A stretch of 55,634 nucleotides of DNA from Phenylobacterium sp. (GTDB lineage Bacteria > Pseudomonadota > Alphaproteobacteria > Caulobacterales > Caulobacteraceae), in NCBI RefSeq assembly GCF_031181185.1, contig NZ_JAPSKZ010000001.1:1-55634 (forward strand), given 5' to 3'. Under the pieces are notes generated by a model. That model had not been told where the DNA came from. It ran no database searches and saw nothing but the letters and a program-made list of their open reading frames with translations. Both the position numbers and the translations under genes were made by a program. Position 1 is the first letter of the stretch. Each line of letters starts with the position of its first letter. Positions 1 to 10,719 of the stretch are shown in pieces.

Positions 1-19
1 ACTGCGGAAGGTCGTGCAT
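1..19 (-). CDS. Possible 5' end of a gene running off the left edge (MHDLPQ...)
   Basis: ATG at 19-17 on the minus strand preceded by GAGG; only 6 codons visible. Confidence 0.3.
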
Positions 20-153
20 ACGCCCTCGAAAATCCAGCCGCGGCCCCGCGCGGAATCAGTCTCTCCCGACGCGCAACTTGCCATGCGCGGAGCCCGGCGC
101 CCCTGGGGCGAATAGCCGCCCGAAACGTCCGCCCGAAAAAAGCTTCACCGGTG

Positions 154-178
154 GGAACGGCCATCGTGAAACGGCGTT
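154..178 (+). promoter_or_regulatory. EcfG/SigT-type promoter GGAAC-N16-CGTT
   Basis: Exact consensus: GGAAC 154-158, CGTT 175-178; no credible ORF directly downstream. Confidence 0.75.
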
Positions 179-184
179 TTCCGA

Positions 185-345
185 TCCGACCGCACGAAGC
201 CCCCCTGCGTCGCGGTCGGAACGGCCGGCTCCGCACACTCCCCTCGCATTCCCCTGGACCCGAGCGGAGCCGGCCAACTCCCCCTTCAGATCCACACAGC
301 GAGCGGTTGCTGCCCGGCGTGAGCCGCGGCGCGTTTCGTTTTCAG
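185..345 (+). ncRNA. Candidate EcfG-dependent sRNA with C-rich loops (GsrN-like); 3' end uncertain
   Basis: Stem 185-193/212-220 enclosing CCCCCC begins at the predicted TSS; 12-bp stem 223-234/264-275 with UCCCC motifs; CUCCCCC at 278-284. Confidence 0.5.
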
Positions 346-354
346 GCTGCGCGC

Positions 355-442
355 AAACGAGAAGGGCCGCCACGCTCGGAGCTTCGTGGCGGCCCTGGCG
401 ACGAGGGGAAGCTGGTCGACGTCCCTCGGGTTCTCGTCGCCC
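355..442 (-). ncRNA. Candidate second, convergent sRNA (~90 nt)
   Basis: GGAAC-N17-AGTT promoter (474-449), hairpin GCGACGAG/CTCGTCGC, then 11-bp hairpin 364-395 followed by TTCTCGTTT. Confidence 0.4.
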
Positions 443-519
443 GCCCACAACTGGTGGTCGACGGCGGTTGTTCCCCCAGATTTGGAGTCGAAAGTTTGCA
501 TTTTTTTCGCAGGCGCGGT

Positions 520-544
520 GGAACTGTGGGAACCAATTGGCGTT
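520..544 (+). promoter_or_regulatory. EcfG/SigT-type promoter GGAAC-N16-CGTT
   Basis: Exact consensus about 30 nt upstream of ATG 573. Confidence 0.75.
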
Positions 545-572
545 CGGCGCACGCAACGTCGGCTAGGCGACC

Positions 573-791
573 ATGAGCGACGAATCCTCTTCCGCGCGGG
601 CGGAGCGGTGCCTGTCCATGGCGGCGCAACTGCGCGCCCAGGCGCAGCGCAGCACCGACCCGGACGTGGCCGCCGGCTACCTGGAGCTGGCCGCCATCTG
701 GCTGCAGCTGGCGGAGGACGCCCGCAGCCATTCGCCGGCCAACGACTTCCCCGAAGCCGCCTCCAAGGGCGGCGAGCAGAAGAACGCTTAG
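573..791 (+). CDS. Small helical hypothetical protein (72 aa)
   Basis: Helical-hairpin pattern RAERC...AGYLELAAIWLQLAE seen in small alphaproteobacterial proteins; EcfG promoter upstream. Confidence 0.75.
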   Translation: MSDESSSARAERCLSMAAQLRAQAQRSTDPDVAAGYLELAAIWLQLAEDARSHSPANDFPEAASKGGEQKNA

Positions 792-876
792 CGCCTTTCA
801 CCCCCGGCATGCGCCTGGAACTTCGGAACCCGCGGCGGCCCCGTGTGTTTGGCCGCCCATGTCCAAGAGCCGACAT

Positions 877-1086
877 ATGACCGCGACGGCTCGCCTCGTC
901 TTGGCGGGGGCGTTGCTGGCCGCCGTGGCGGGGGCGCGGGCCGGGGCGACCCTTCGGCCGGACCCGGCCGAGCGTGGGCTGGCGGCGGCGCCCCAGCAGA
1001 TCTTCCTCGAAGGCGCCGAGCTGGCGGGCGTGGAGCGGGCGGGCGACGGCTGGCCCGTGCTGGCGCTGGCGCCGCGCGCGAGCTGA
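877..1086 (+). CDS. Small exported hypothetical protein (start 877 or 859)
   Basis: Signal-peptide-like N-terminus; GGAAC-N16-TGTT at 825-849. Confidence 0.5.
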   Translation: MTATARLVLAGALLAAVAGARAGATLRPDPAERGLAAAPQQIFLEGAELAGVERAGDGWPVLALAPRAS

Positions 1087-1136
1087 CGCCGCCGCGTTAA
1101 CGGATTGCGAGCGTTCGGCGGGCCACAACTTCAGGT

Positions 1137-3647
<2,511 letters not shown>

Positions 3648-3696
3648 CCGCACAAATCGCCGGCGCGAACAGTGTTCGTTCGCGTGGGACTGAACC

Positions 3697-5472
3697 GTGT
3701 TTCGACTGCCGAGCCACACCGACCTGTTGGCGAGCGTGGGCGAGGGCGCGCCCCGGCGCCTGGTGCAGACCAGCGCCGCCCTGGTGGCCACCGCCCTGGC
3801 GCTCGTCCTGCGGGCGATCATCGAGCTGCTGGTCCCGGGCGTGATCCCCTTCGCGCTGCTGTTCCCGGCGATGCTGGGCGCGGCGCTGCTGGCCGGCTGG
3901 CAGTCGGGCGCCCTGACCCTTGTGCTGGGGGGCCTTCTGACGTGGCAGCTGACGACCCGGTCCACCGGCATGCTGCAACCGGGCGAGCCGGCGACGGTCG
4001 TCAGCCTGGTGCTGTACGCCGCGGCGGGCGGCGCGATCATCGCGTTCGCCGAGGCCTACCGGCGGGCGGCGCACACGCTGTCGCGGCAGCGGCGGGCGCT
4101 GTTCGACAGCGAGGCGCGGCTGGACCTAGCCACCCGGGCCGCAGGGGTCGGCGTCTGGGATTGGGACCTGCGCACCAACGCCTTGGTCTGCTCGGAGCAG
4201 GCGAAGGCGATCCTGGGCCTGCCGGCCGGCCAGCCCGTGACGCGGGGCCAGGTGGTCTCGGCCACCCACCGCGCCGACCGCGACCGCGCCTGGGCGCAGG
4301 TGCAGCGGGCCCTGGATCCGGCGCTGCGGGACGTGAGCCCCTATGAGTACCGCATCGTCCGGCGCGACGACGGGCGGGTGCGCTGGGTCTGGGCCATCGG
4401 CGAGCCGGTGTTTGAGACGGTGGACGGGGCGCCGGTCGCCACCCGCTACGTCGGCACCATCCAGGACATCACCGACCGCAAGCTGGCCGAGGACAGCATC
4501 CGCGCCTCGGAACAGCGCCTGAGGCTGGCGCTGGAGGCCGGCCGGATGGCGGTGTGGCGCGTGGACCTGAACCGCGGGATGCAACCGACGCCGGAGCTGA
4601 ACCGGCTGCTGGGCTTTCCGGCCGACGCCCGGCCGACGCTGGAGGAGGTGCTGGCCGGCTACCTGCCGGGCGAGCAGGACCGGATGCGGGCGGCGATCGA
4701 AGGGGCCTTGGCCAAGGGCGAGCGCTTCTTCGAGGTGGCCTACCGGCACCGGCGGCAGGACGGCGCCGTGCGCTGGCTGCTGAACCGCTCGGAGATCATC
4801 CTGAACGACGCCGGCCAGCCGACGGGCGCGCTGGGCGTCGTCATGGACATCACCGAGCGCAAGGCCGACGAGGAGCGGCTGAAGCTGCTGGCCCGCGAGG
4901 TGGACCACCGCGCCAACAACCTGATGGCGGTGGTGCAGGGGACGGTGTCGCTGTCGCAGGCCGAGACGCCCGAGGCCCTGAAGGCGGTGATCGTCGGCCG
5001 GGTCAGCGCCCTGGCGCGCGCCCATCAGCTGCTGTCGGAAACGCGTTGGGAGGGGGCGGACCTGCGCCGGCTGGTGGAGGAGGAGCTGCTGGCCTTCAGC
5101 CTGGGGACGGCGACGCGGGTCAGCATCCGCGGACCCGACCTGGCCCTGCCGCCGGCGGCGGCGCAATCGATCGCCATGGCCCTGCACGAGCTGGCCACCA
5201 ATGCGGCCAAGTACGGCGCGCTGAGCCAGCCCGAGGGCCGCGTCGACGTCGCCTGGCGAGGCGGCGGATGCGAGCCGTTGCGCCTGACCTGGACCGAACG
5301 CGGCGGACCGCGCGTGGCGCGGCCGCGGCGGCGCGGGCTGGGCACGGCGATCCTGTCGCGGGCGCTGGCGGGGTCGCTGGGCGGAAGCACGCGCATGGAC
5401 TGGCGGCCGGAGGGGCTGGTCTGCGAGATGGAGCTGCCGGCCGAGGCGGCGACTCGCCAGCTGGCAAACTGA
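3697..5472 (+). CDS. HWE-family sensor histidine kinase with TM region and two PAS/PAC domains
   Basis: EVDHRANNL H-box, LHELATNAAKYGAL, WTERGGP; start codon uncertain. Confidence 0.92.
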   Translation: MFRLPSHTDLLASVGEGAPRRLVQTSAALVATALALVLRAIIELLVPGVIPFALLFPAMLGAALLAGWQSGALTLVLGGLLTWQLTTRSTGMLQPGEPATVVSLVLYAAAGGAIIAFAEAYRRAAHTLSRQRRALFDSEARLDLATRAAGVGVWDWDLRTNALVCSEQAKAILGLPAGQPVTRGQVVSATHRADRDRAWAQVQRALDPALRDVSPYEYRIVRRDDGRVRWVWAIGEPVFETVDGAPVATRYVGTIQDITDRKLAEDSIRASEQRLRLALEAGRMAVWRVDLNRGMQPTPELNRLLGFPADARPTLEEVLAGYLPGEQDRMRAAIEGALAKGERFFEVAYRHRRQDGAVRWLLNRSEIILNDAGQPTGALGVVMDITERKADEERLKLLAREVDHRANNLMAVVQGTVSLSQAETPEALKAVIVGRVSALARAHQLLSETRWEGADLRRLVEEELLAFSLGTATRVSIRGPDLALPPAAAQSIAMALHELATNAAKYGALSQPEGRVDVAWRGGGCEPLRLTWTERGGPRVARPRRRGLGTAILSRALAGSLGGSTRMDWRPEGLVCEMELPAEAATRQLAN

Positions 5473-5549
5473 ACCATTCCCATCATTTGCTGTTGTCAAG
5501 CTCGCCACGGTGGCGTTTTTTAGAGCTGCGTCAGAAGGTCGCGAACGCC

Positions 5550-5831
5550 ATGGCCACACTCGCTCCGTCGCTGCAGATCGCCGCCGTCGCCGCGGCCATC
5601 GGCTGGCCCTTCGCGGCCGGCCTGGGCGTGGTGCTGTGGTCGAAGGCGCGGGCGGCCGAGCGCCAGCGCCGGCTGGCGGCGCTGGAGGGCGACCTCCGGG
5701 ACCTCTACCGCGACGTTGAGGGACGGCCCATCCCGGACCGCCTGGCCTTGGTGGTCGAGGCGCTGGAGGAGGCCGAAGCGCTGAAGCCGGCGCCCGCTTC
5801 CAGGACGAAGCGCCCGATCGTCGCGAGCTGA
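5550..5831 (+). CDS. Single-TM protein with NepR-like anti-sigma motif
   Basis: TM segment then LRDLYRDVEGRPIPDRLALVVEAL, resembling NepR LRxxYxxVxxEPxPDRxxxLL; TGAAC-N16-TGTT at 5470-5494. Confidence 0.7.
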   Translation: MATLAPSLQIAAVAAAIGWPFAAGLGVVLWSKARAAERQRRLAALEGDLRDLYRDVEGRPIPDRLALVVEALEEAEALKPAPASRTKRPIVAS

Positions 5832-5856
5832 CGCGCCCAGACGGGCGCTCGGGGGC

Positions 5857-6015
5857 TCAGCCCTTGCGCGTCCGTTTCCAGAAGACCTGCACCGCCAAGG
5901 CGATCAGGCAGATGACGAGCAGGAAGCCCGCGATGGCGCGCGCCGCATCGACCAGAAATCCCACCACCGCAAGGGCGACGACGGCTGCGAGCAGGAATGC
6001 GATCCATTTACCCAT
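5857..6015 (-). CDS. Small two-TM membrane protein (52 aa)
   Basis: MGKWIAFLL...VFWKRTRKG; GGAAC-N16-CATT (6048-6024) ends 8 nt before the ATG, suggesting a leaderless mRNA. Confidence 0.7.
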   Translation of the reverse strand: MGKWIAFLLAAVVALAVVGFLVDAARAIAGFLLVICLIALAVQVFWKRTRKG

Positions 6016-6159
6016 GCGCAAGGAATGGCCAAGGCGCCGGCGCGTTCCGCCCCGCCTCGGCGACATGACCGTCTGTTGCGGTCTTGAAATCGCCACGGGT
6101 GCGGGGTCGAAATGTCAGGGCGGAGCTTCGGGCGCTCCGCGACGCACGGGGCGAACACG

Positions 6160-6525
6160 ATGATTGGATCCCTGAGGCAGGCGTTGACCAGCCGGACGGC
6201 CGGACCGCTCGCATCCGTGGCGGCCCTGGCGATGGCGGCTCTGCTGGCGGTCTCCTGGACCGGCTGGCAGGCGGAGCGGGCGGCGCTGGAGCGCCGGGTC
6301 GCGGAGCTGACCCAGCAGGCGGACCGGTCGCAGGCGCTGTGGCGGGCGCAGCTGTCGGCGTGCCACGCCGCGGCCGGCGCCGAACGGCTGACCGAGGCGG
6401 CCTATGAGACGCCGCAGGATTCGAAGGACGCCGCGCGCCGGCTGCTGACCCAGCAGCCCGAGGGGATCGACGTGTGTGCGCGCATGGAAAGCGCCGACCA
6501 GGCTGTGCTGTCGACCCTGAAATGA
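6160..6525 (+). CDS. Putative i-spanin (Rz-like) inner-membrane protein
   Basis: N-terminal TM, coiled-coil, two Cys; ATGA overlap with downstream lipoprotein. Confidence 0.55.
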   Translation: MIGSLRQALTSRTAGPLASVAALAMAALLAVSWTGWQAERAALERRVAELTQQADRSQALWRAQLSACHAAAGAERLTEAAYETPQDSKDAARRLLTQQPEGIDVCARMESADQAVLSTLK

Positions 6526-6872
6526 TCGGCCGAAGAGGGACGGCGATCGTGCTGACGGCGGCGGCGCTTGGGCTGGCCGGCTGCGAGACCCTGCGCGGCC
6601 GCAAGGTGGAGCCGGCGCCCGAGCCGCCGGTGCTGGTGCTGCGTCCGCCCGAGGTGGTCCGAGTCGAGCCGCCGGCGCCCGACGCCCGGCCGCGGCCGCA
6701 GCGGAGTTGCGTGCCGCGCACCCTGGGACCTGCGCCGCGCTATCCGGACAGCGACGCGGCGCTGCGCAACGCCGCGGGCGCGGCCGACCGCTACCAGCTG
6801 ATGGCGGCCGGCCGGCTGATGCGCCAGCGGCGGCTGGAGGAGCTGGAGCGCGTGGTCGCCGGCTGCCGCTAG
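6522..6872 (+). CDS. Putative o-spanin (Rz1-like) lipoprotein
   Basis: Lipobox LAGC, Pro-rich linker, CVP..P.YPDSDAAL...AGR...ELE...GCR. Confidence 0.6.
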   Translation: MIGRRGTAIVLTAAALGLAGCETLRGRKVEPAPEPPVLVLRPPEVVRVEPPAPDARPRPQRSCVPRTLGPAPRYPDSDAALRNAAGAADRYQLMAAGRLMRQRRLEELERVVAGCR

Positions 6873-7684
6873 GCGGGCGCGGCGGCGGCGGACAGGACGG
6901 GCCGGCGGCCGGCGGTCCAGCCCGCCCATCCGACCAGCAACCCGGCCACGGCCACGAGCGCGGCGAGCGGCAGGGTGGGCCAGGCCGCGGCGCGGGCGTA
7001 GAGCGCCTCCCACCAGGCGGCGGGGCCGACGAACTCGAACAGCAGCGCCATCAGCAGCGTCAGGGCGCCCGAGATCGCGAAGGGCCGGCCATACGGCCGC
7101 ACGCGCCAGGCGATGAAGAAGGCCAGCGCCGCGATGACGAGGTTCGCGCCCTGGAAAGCGCCGTGAAGCAGCGCGAAGTCGGGGCCGCCGGCGACGCCGA
7201 ACCGCACCGCGCCGAACAGGCGTCCCAGGATCGGGCCCAGCAGGAAGATGGTGGTGGCGAGCAGGTAGCCCGCGTGCAGGGCGGCGGACCGTCGCCGGCG
7301 CAGGGCCTCGAAGTAGAAGAGGGCGAACCCGGCCACGGCGACGATGTCCAGCCACGCGAGGCGGGCCGCGTACAGGGTGTAGAACGGCGACGCCTCGTCC
7401 GCGAAGCGCTGAGCCATCCCGATGAAGATCGAAACGCCGCCCGCCAGGAACAGAGGGAAGAGACCCAGGCTGGCGAGGCCGAGGGTGCGGTGCAGGCCGC
7501 GGCGGCCGGCGTGAATCGCCCAGCCCTGGACGGCGAGCAGCACGACCCAGAGCGTGGCGGTGACGCCGTGGGCGTGGAACTGCAGCGGCGCGGTGGCCAC
7601 CTGGCTGAGATAGCTGGGCCAGAAGGCCAGGGCCGCCAGCGGCAGCAGTGCGAGCACGTACCAGTAGGCGTTGCGATAGGGCAT
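6869..7684 (-). CDS. Multi-TM hypothetical membrane protein
   Basis: About 7 hydrophobic segments with His residues (HAHG, LHR, LHAGY). Confidence 0.85.
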   Translation of the reverse strand: MPYRNAYWYVLALLPLAALAFWPSYLSQVATAPLQFHAHGVTATLWVVLLAVQGWAIHAGRRGLHRTLGLASLGLFPLFLAGGVSIFIGMAQRFADEASPFYTLYAARLAWLDIVAVAGFALFYFEALRRRRSAALHAGYLLATTIFLLGPILGRLFGAVRFGVAGGPDFALLHGAFQGANLVIAALAFFIAWRVRPYGRPFAISGALTLLMALLFEFVGPAAWWEALYARAAAWPTLPLAALVAVAGLLVGWAGWTAGRRPVLSAAAAPA

Positions 7685-7784
7685 GCGCCGTCTCCCCCGA
7701 AGCGTGGGGCGAGCTTGGGCCCGCTCGCCCCTGTCCGCAAGAGCGGCGTTCGTCCGACGACGTTCGACGGGGTGGCCGGATACG

Positions 7785-7814
7785 AAAACGCCCCGGCGGT
7801 GAGGCCGGGGCGTT
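7785..7814 (-). terminator. Rho-independent terminator of TonB receptor gene
   Basis: AACGCCCCGGC/GCCGGGGCGTT hairpin ending in TTTT on the minus strand. Confidence 0.75.
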
Positions 7815-7839
7815 CCGAGGTCCGGGCTGAGCCCAGGCC

Positions 7840-10383
7840 CTAGAAGCGGTACTGCAGCTCCACCCCGTAGGTGCGCGGCGGAACGTAGGAGATGGTGCGG
7901 TTCACGAAGCCGGTGTTCGGGCCGGTGGTGATCCGCGAGCCGTCAGCGCCGGCGATGCCTTCCTGTTTGAAGATGTTCTTCACGTAGCCGATCACCGTGA
8001 AGCGGTCGTCGGCGTCGTTGAAGAGCAGGCGGGCGTCGGTCTGATTCCAGGCCTTACCTTCGTTGTAGTAGCGGTTGAAGATCGAATAGTAGGTGTCGTC
8101 CTTCCACACGTGGGTCAGCGAGGCCGACAGCGAGCCGACGTCGAATTCCCAGGTGTAGTTGACGTTCACCGTGAAGCGGTGCGGCGTCGAAGATGGCAGC
8201 TTCTGGCCTTTCAGGTCCTGGACGCCGCCGGCGCCTGAGGGCGTGGCGCCTTCAACCCGCGCCAGCGGATCTTCCGGATCCTGGAAGCAGCAGGCCTCGC
8301 GCAGTTCGGCGTTCAGGTAGGAGTAGTTGGCCAGAATCTGCAGGTTGTCGATCGGCTGCCAGATGGTCTCCAGCTCGAAGCCGACGATGCGCGCCTTCGG
8401 CATGTTGAAGAAGCGCGTGACGTTCAGGTCGGTCACCGGATCACGGCCGGTGATCGGGATCTGGATGTCCTGGTAGTCGTAGTAGTAGGCCGAGGCGTTC
8501 GCCTGGAAATTGCCGCCGAAGGTCTTCTTCAGGCCGACCTCGTAGGCGTCGATCGTCTCTTCTTCGGTCGTGACGTTGGGGGCCAGCGTCGTGGTGCCCG
8601 AGTTGAAGCCGCCCGCCTTATAGCCGCGCGTGTACTTGGCGTAGGCGAGGGTGTCGGGATCCGGCTGCCAGTCGATGCCCAGCGTGCCGGTGACGCCGCT
8701 CCACTTGTTCTTCAGTTGGCGGTGACGGAGGCCGGTGGTCGGATCGGTGTAGACGAGGTCGCCCACGACCGAAGGGTCGTACACCCGAACGCCGTTCACG
8801 ACAGCGAAGCCGGGCGCGGCGGCGTCGGTGATGTCCACCGGCCGATTGGTCAGGCGCGTGATCGGGCAGCTCGCCGTGTAAAGGCAGAACAGCCGGGCGC
8901 TTTCGAACGACTTCTTCTCGTCCCGGGTGTAGCGCAGGCCAGCGGTGACCTTCAGCTGTTCGGTGAGCGCGTACTCGGCCTGGCCAAAGACGGCGTAGGA
9001 CTCGCTGACGTTCTCAGAGCTGCCGTAGGCGTAGCGGCGAAGCGGGTTGGCCGCCATGGGGGCGCCCGCCTGGGTGGTCGGCGTCTCGAAGCGCGGATCG
9101 TCGGGGAACCGCGCGTCCGACAGCGTGTAGTTCGAACCTTCGCGGAACTGGTAGAGCCCCAGGATCATCTGGAACGGGCCGTCCCAGGTCGAGGCCAGGT
9201 TCAGCTCGTTCGAGAACCACCAGACCTCTTCCTGGTACTGGTTGTGCTGCCGCGGATAGTAGAGCTCGGTGCCCGCCGGCTGCGGCACCGGAGCGCCCTG
9301 GGCCAGGTAGGGCAGCTGGAACGGCGCCTGACGCGACGTGCCGTCCAGGTCGGTCTGGAGGCGATAGTCGTAGTAGGTCAGGCCCGTGATGTACTTGATG
9401 TCGAAGCTGTCGAGATGCAGCGTGACGTTCGCCACGTAGGTGTTGCTCTCGAGATTGATGTAGTTGCCGTCATCCGTGTTGAAGCACATCTGACAGAGGT
9501 TGGCCGGCAGATTGGTGTCCGGCATGCCGTAGTTGGCGGCGTTCGGCGTGAGCGCGGCGCGCGAGCCGATCGTGGTGATGTCGCGCAGGCCGTACTGGGC
9601 GGTCGTGCGGCCGCCGGGACCGCGGCCCAGGTTGTGCCATTCGACGGTTTCGCCGCGGACCCACCATTCCAGCTTGCCGTCGCCGAGCTCGCCCTGCAGC
9701 TGGGCCTCGACCTGCCACTGGTCGCCGATCCCGCCCTCGTCCTTGCCGTTCGGGTTGAGGTTGGTGAAGTACCCCTCGCCCTGGCTGCTGTAGGTGCCGG
9801 CCAGGCGGCCCTGGATGTTGCCGAACAGCGGCCCCGAGATCATCGCCTCGGTGAACCAGGTGTCGTAGTTGCCGAGGCCGGCGCGGACTTCGGCCTCGAA
9901 TTCGTCGGTCGGGCGCTTGGAGATGATGTTCATCGCGCCGCCGATCGAGTTGCGGCCGTAGAGGGTGCCCTGCGGGCCCCGCAGGACTTCCGTCCGATCG
10001 ATGAACAGCGTCGACTTGGCGAACTGCGTCACCGACGAGGTGTAGAAGCCGTCCGAGTACATGGCCACGCCGCCCTCGGAGGAGCGGTTGTTCGTGAAGC
10101 GGCCGATGCCCCGCATGTTGATGCGGTCGTTGTTGGTCGAATAGGCGAGGCCCGGCGTGAAGTTCGTCAGGTCCTGCACCGAGTTGATGCCGACGAGTTC
10201 GCGGCGCTCGTCCGTGTAGGCCGAAACGGCCACGGGGACGTCCTGCAGCGACTGCTCGCGCTTTTCCGCGGTGACGACGAGCTCTTCGATCGTGTTGCTG
10301 GGCGCCGTCTGAGCGAAGGCGGAGCCCGCGAAGGCCGTCGACGCCAGGGCGCACGACAGCAACAGAGTCTTCCTGGATAGCAT
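7840..10383 (-). CDS. TonB-dependent receptor
   Basis: Signal peptide, TonB box EELVVTA, plug EVLRGPQGTLYGRN, C-terminal YRF. Confidence 0.96.
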   Translation of the reverse strand: MLSRKTLLLSCALASTAFAGSAFAQTAPSNTIEELVVTAEKREQSLQDVPVAVSAYTDERRELVGINSVQDLTNFTPGLAYSTNNDRINMRGIGRFTNNRSSEGGVAMYSDGFYTSSVTQFAKSTLFIDRTEVLRGPQGTLYGRNSIGGAMNIISKRPTDEFEAEVRAGLGNYDTWFTEAMISGPLFGNIQGRLAGTYSSQGEGYFTNLNPNGKDEGGIGDQWQVEAQLQGELGDGKLEWWVRGETVEWHNLGRGPGGRTTAQYGLRDITTIGSRAALTPNAANYGMPDTNLPANLCQMCFNTDDGNYINLESNTYVANVTLHLDSFDIKYITGLTYYDYRLQTDLDGTSRQAPFQLPYLAQGAPVPQPAGTELYYPRQHNQYQEEVWWFSNELNLASTWDGPFQMILGLYQFREGSNYTLSDARFPDDPRFETPTTQAGAPMAANPLRRYAYGSSENVSESYAVFGQAEYALTEQLKVTAGLRYTRDEKKSFESARLFCLYTASCPITRLTNRPVDITDAAAPGFAVVNGVRVYDPSVVGDLVYTDPTTGLRHRQLKNKWSGVTGTLGIDWQPDPDTLAYAKYTRGYKAGGFNSGTTTLAPNVTTEEETIDAYEVGLKKTFGGNFQANASAYYYDYQDIQIPITGRDPVTDLNVTRFFNMPKARIVGFELETIWQPIDNLQILANYSYLNAELREACCFQDPEDPLARVEGATPSGAGGVQDLKGQKLPSSTPHRFTVNVNYTWEFDVGSLSASLTHVWKDDTYYSIFNRYYNEGKAWNQTDARLLFNDADDRFTVIGYVKNIFKQEGIAGADGSRITTGPNTGFVNRTISYVPPRTYGVELQYRF

Positions 10384-10719
10384 CTGGACGTTCCCCCAAG
10401 CCTGTTTTGGACCGCGCCTTTGCGGCGCTTAGATTCGAAAATCCAGCATGGCGGACCGGGCGTCAAGGCAGCTTCGCTACAACCGAGATAGATTGACGCC
10501 GTATAGCCGTTTGGCGGCCACCCTCTCGGCGAAGAGTTGAAGGGTCGGTACGGTCGGCGCCCAGCCGGAGAGAGGCACGGCGCCGCTGCGCCGCAATGCG
10601 GCCGCAACCGTGAACCCCGCCTGACCGTTCGGCTCATCGCCCCATTCAGGCGCAGCCCCGCAAGCTGGCGGATCCGATAGCGCCGAACGGCGTGCAACAC
10701 GACGCAAGGACGAACGGAC

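Noticed and set aside
472-487. Additional TCCCCC-N4-GGGGGA box
   Set aside because: Right arm (TTGGAG) matches poorly and the site overlaps an EcfG -35 element
56-576. Several overlapping ORFs at the window start
   Set aside because: Arg/Pro-rich shadow composition; region is better explained by promoters and hairpins
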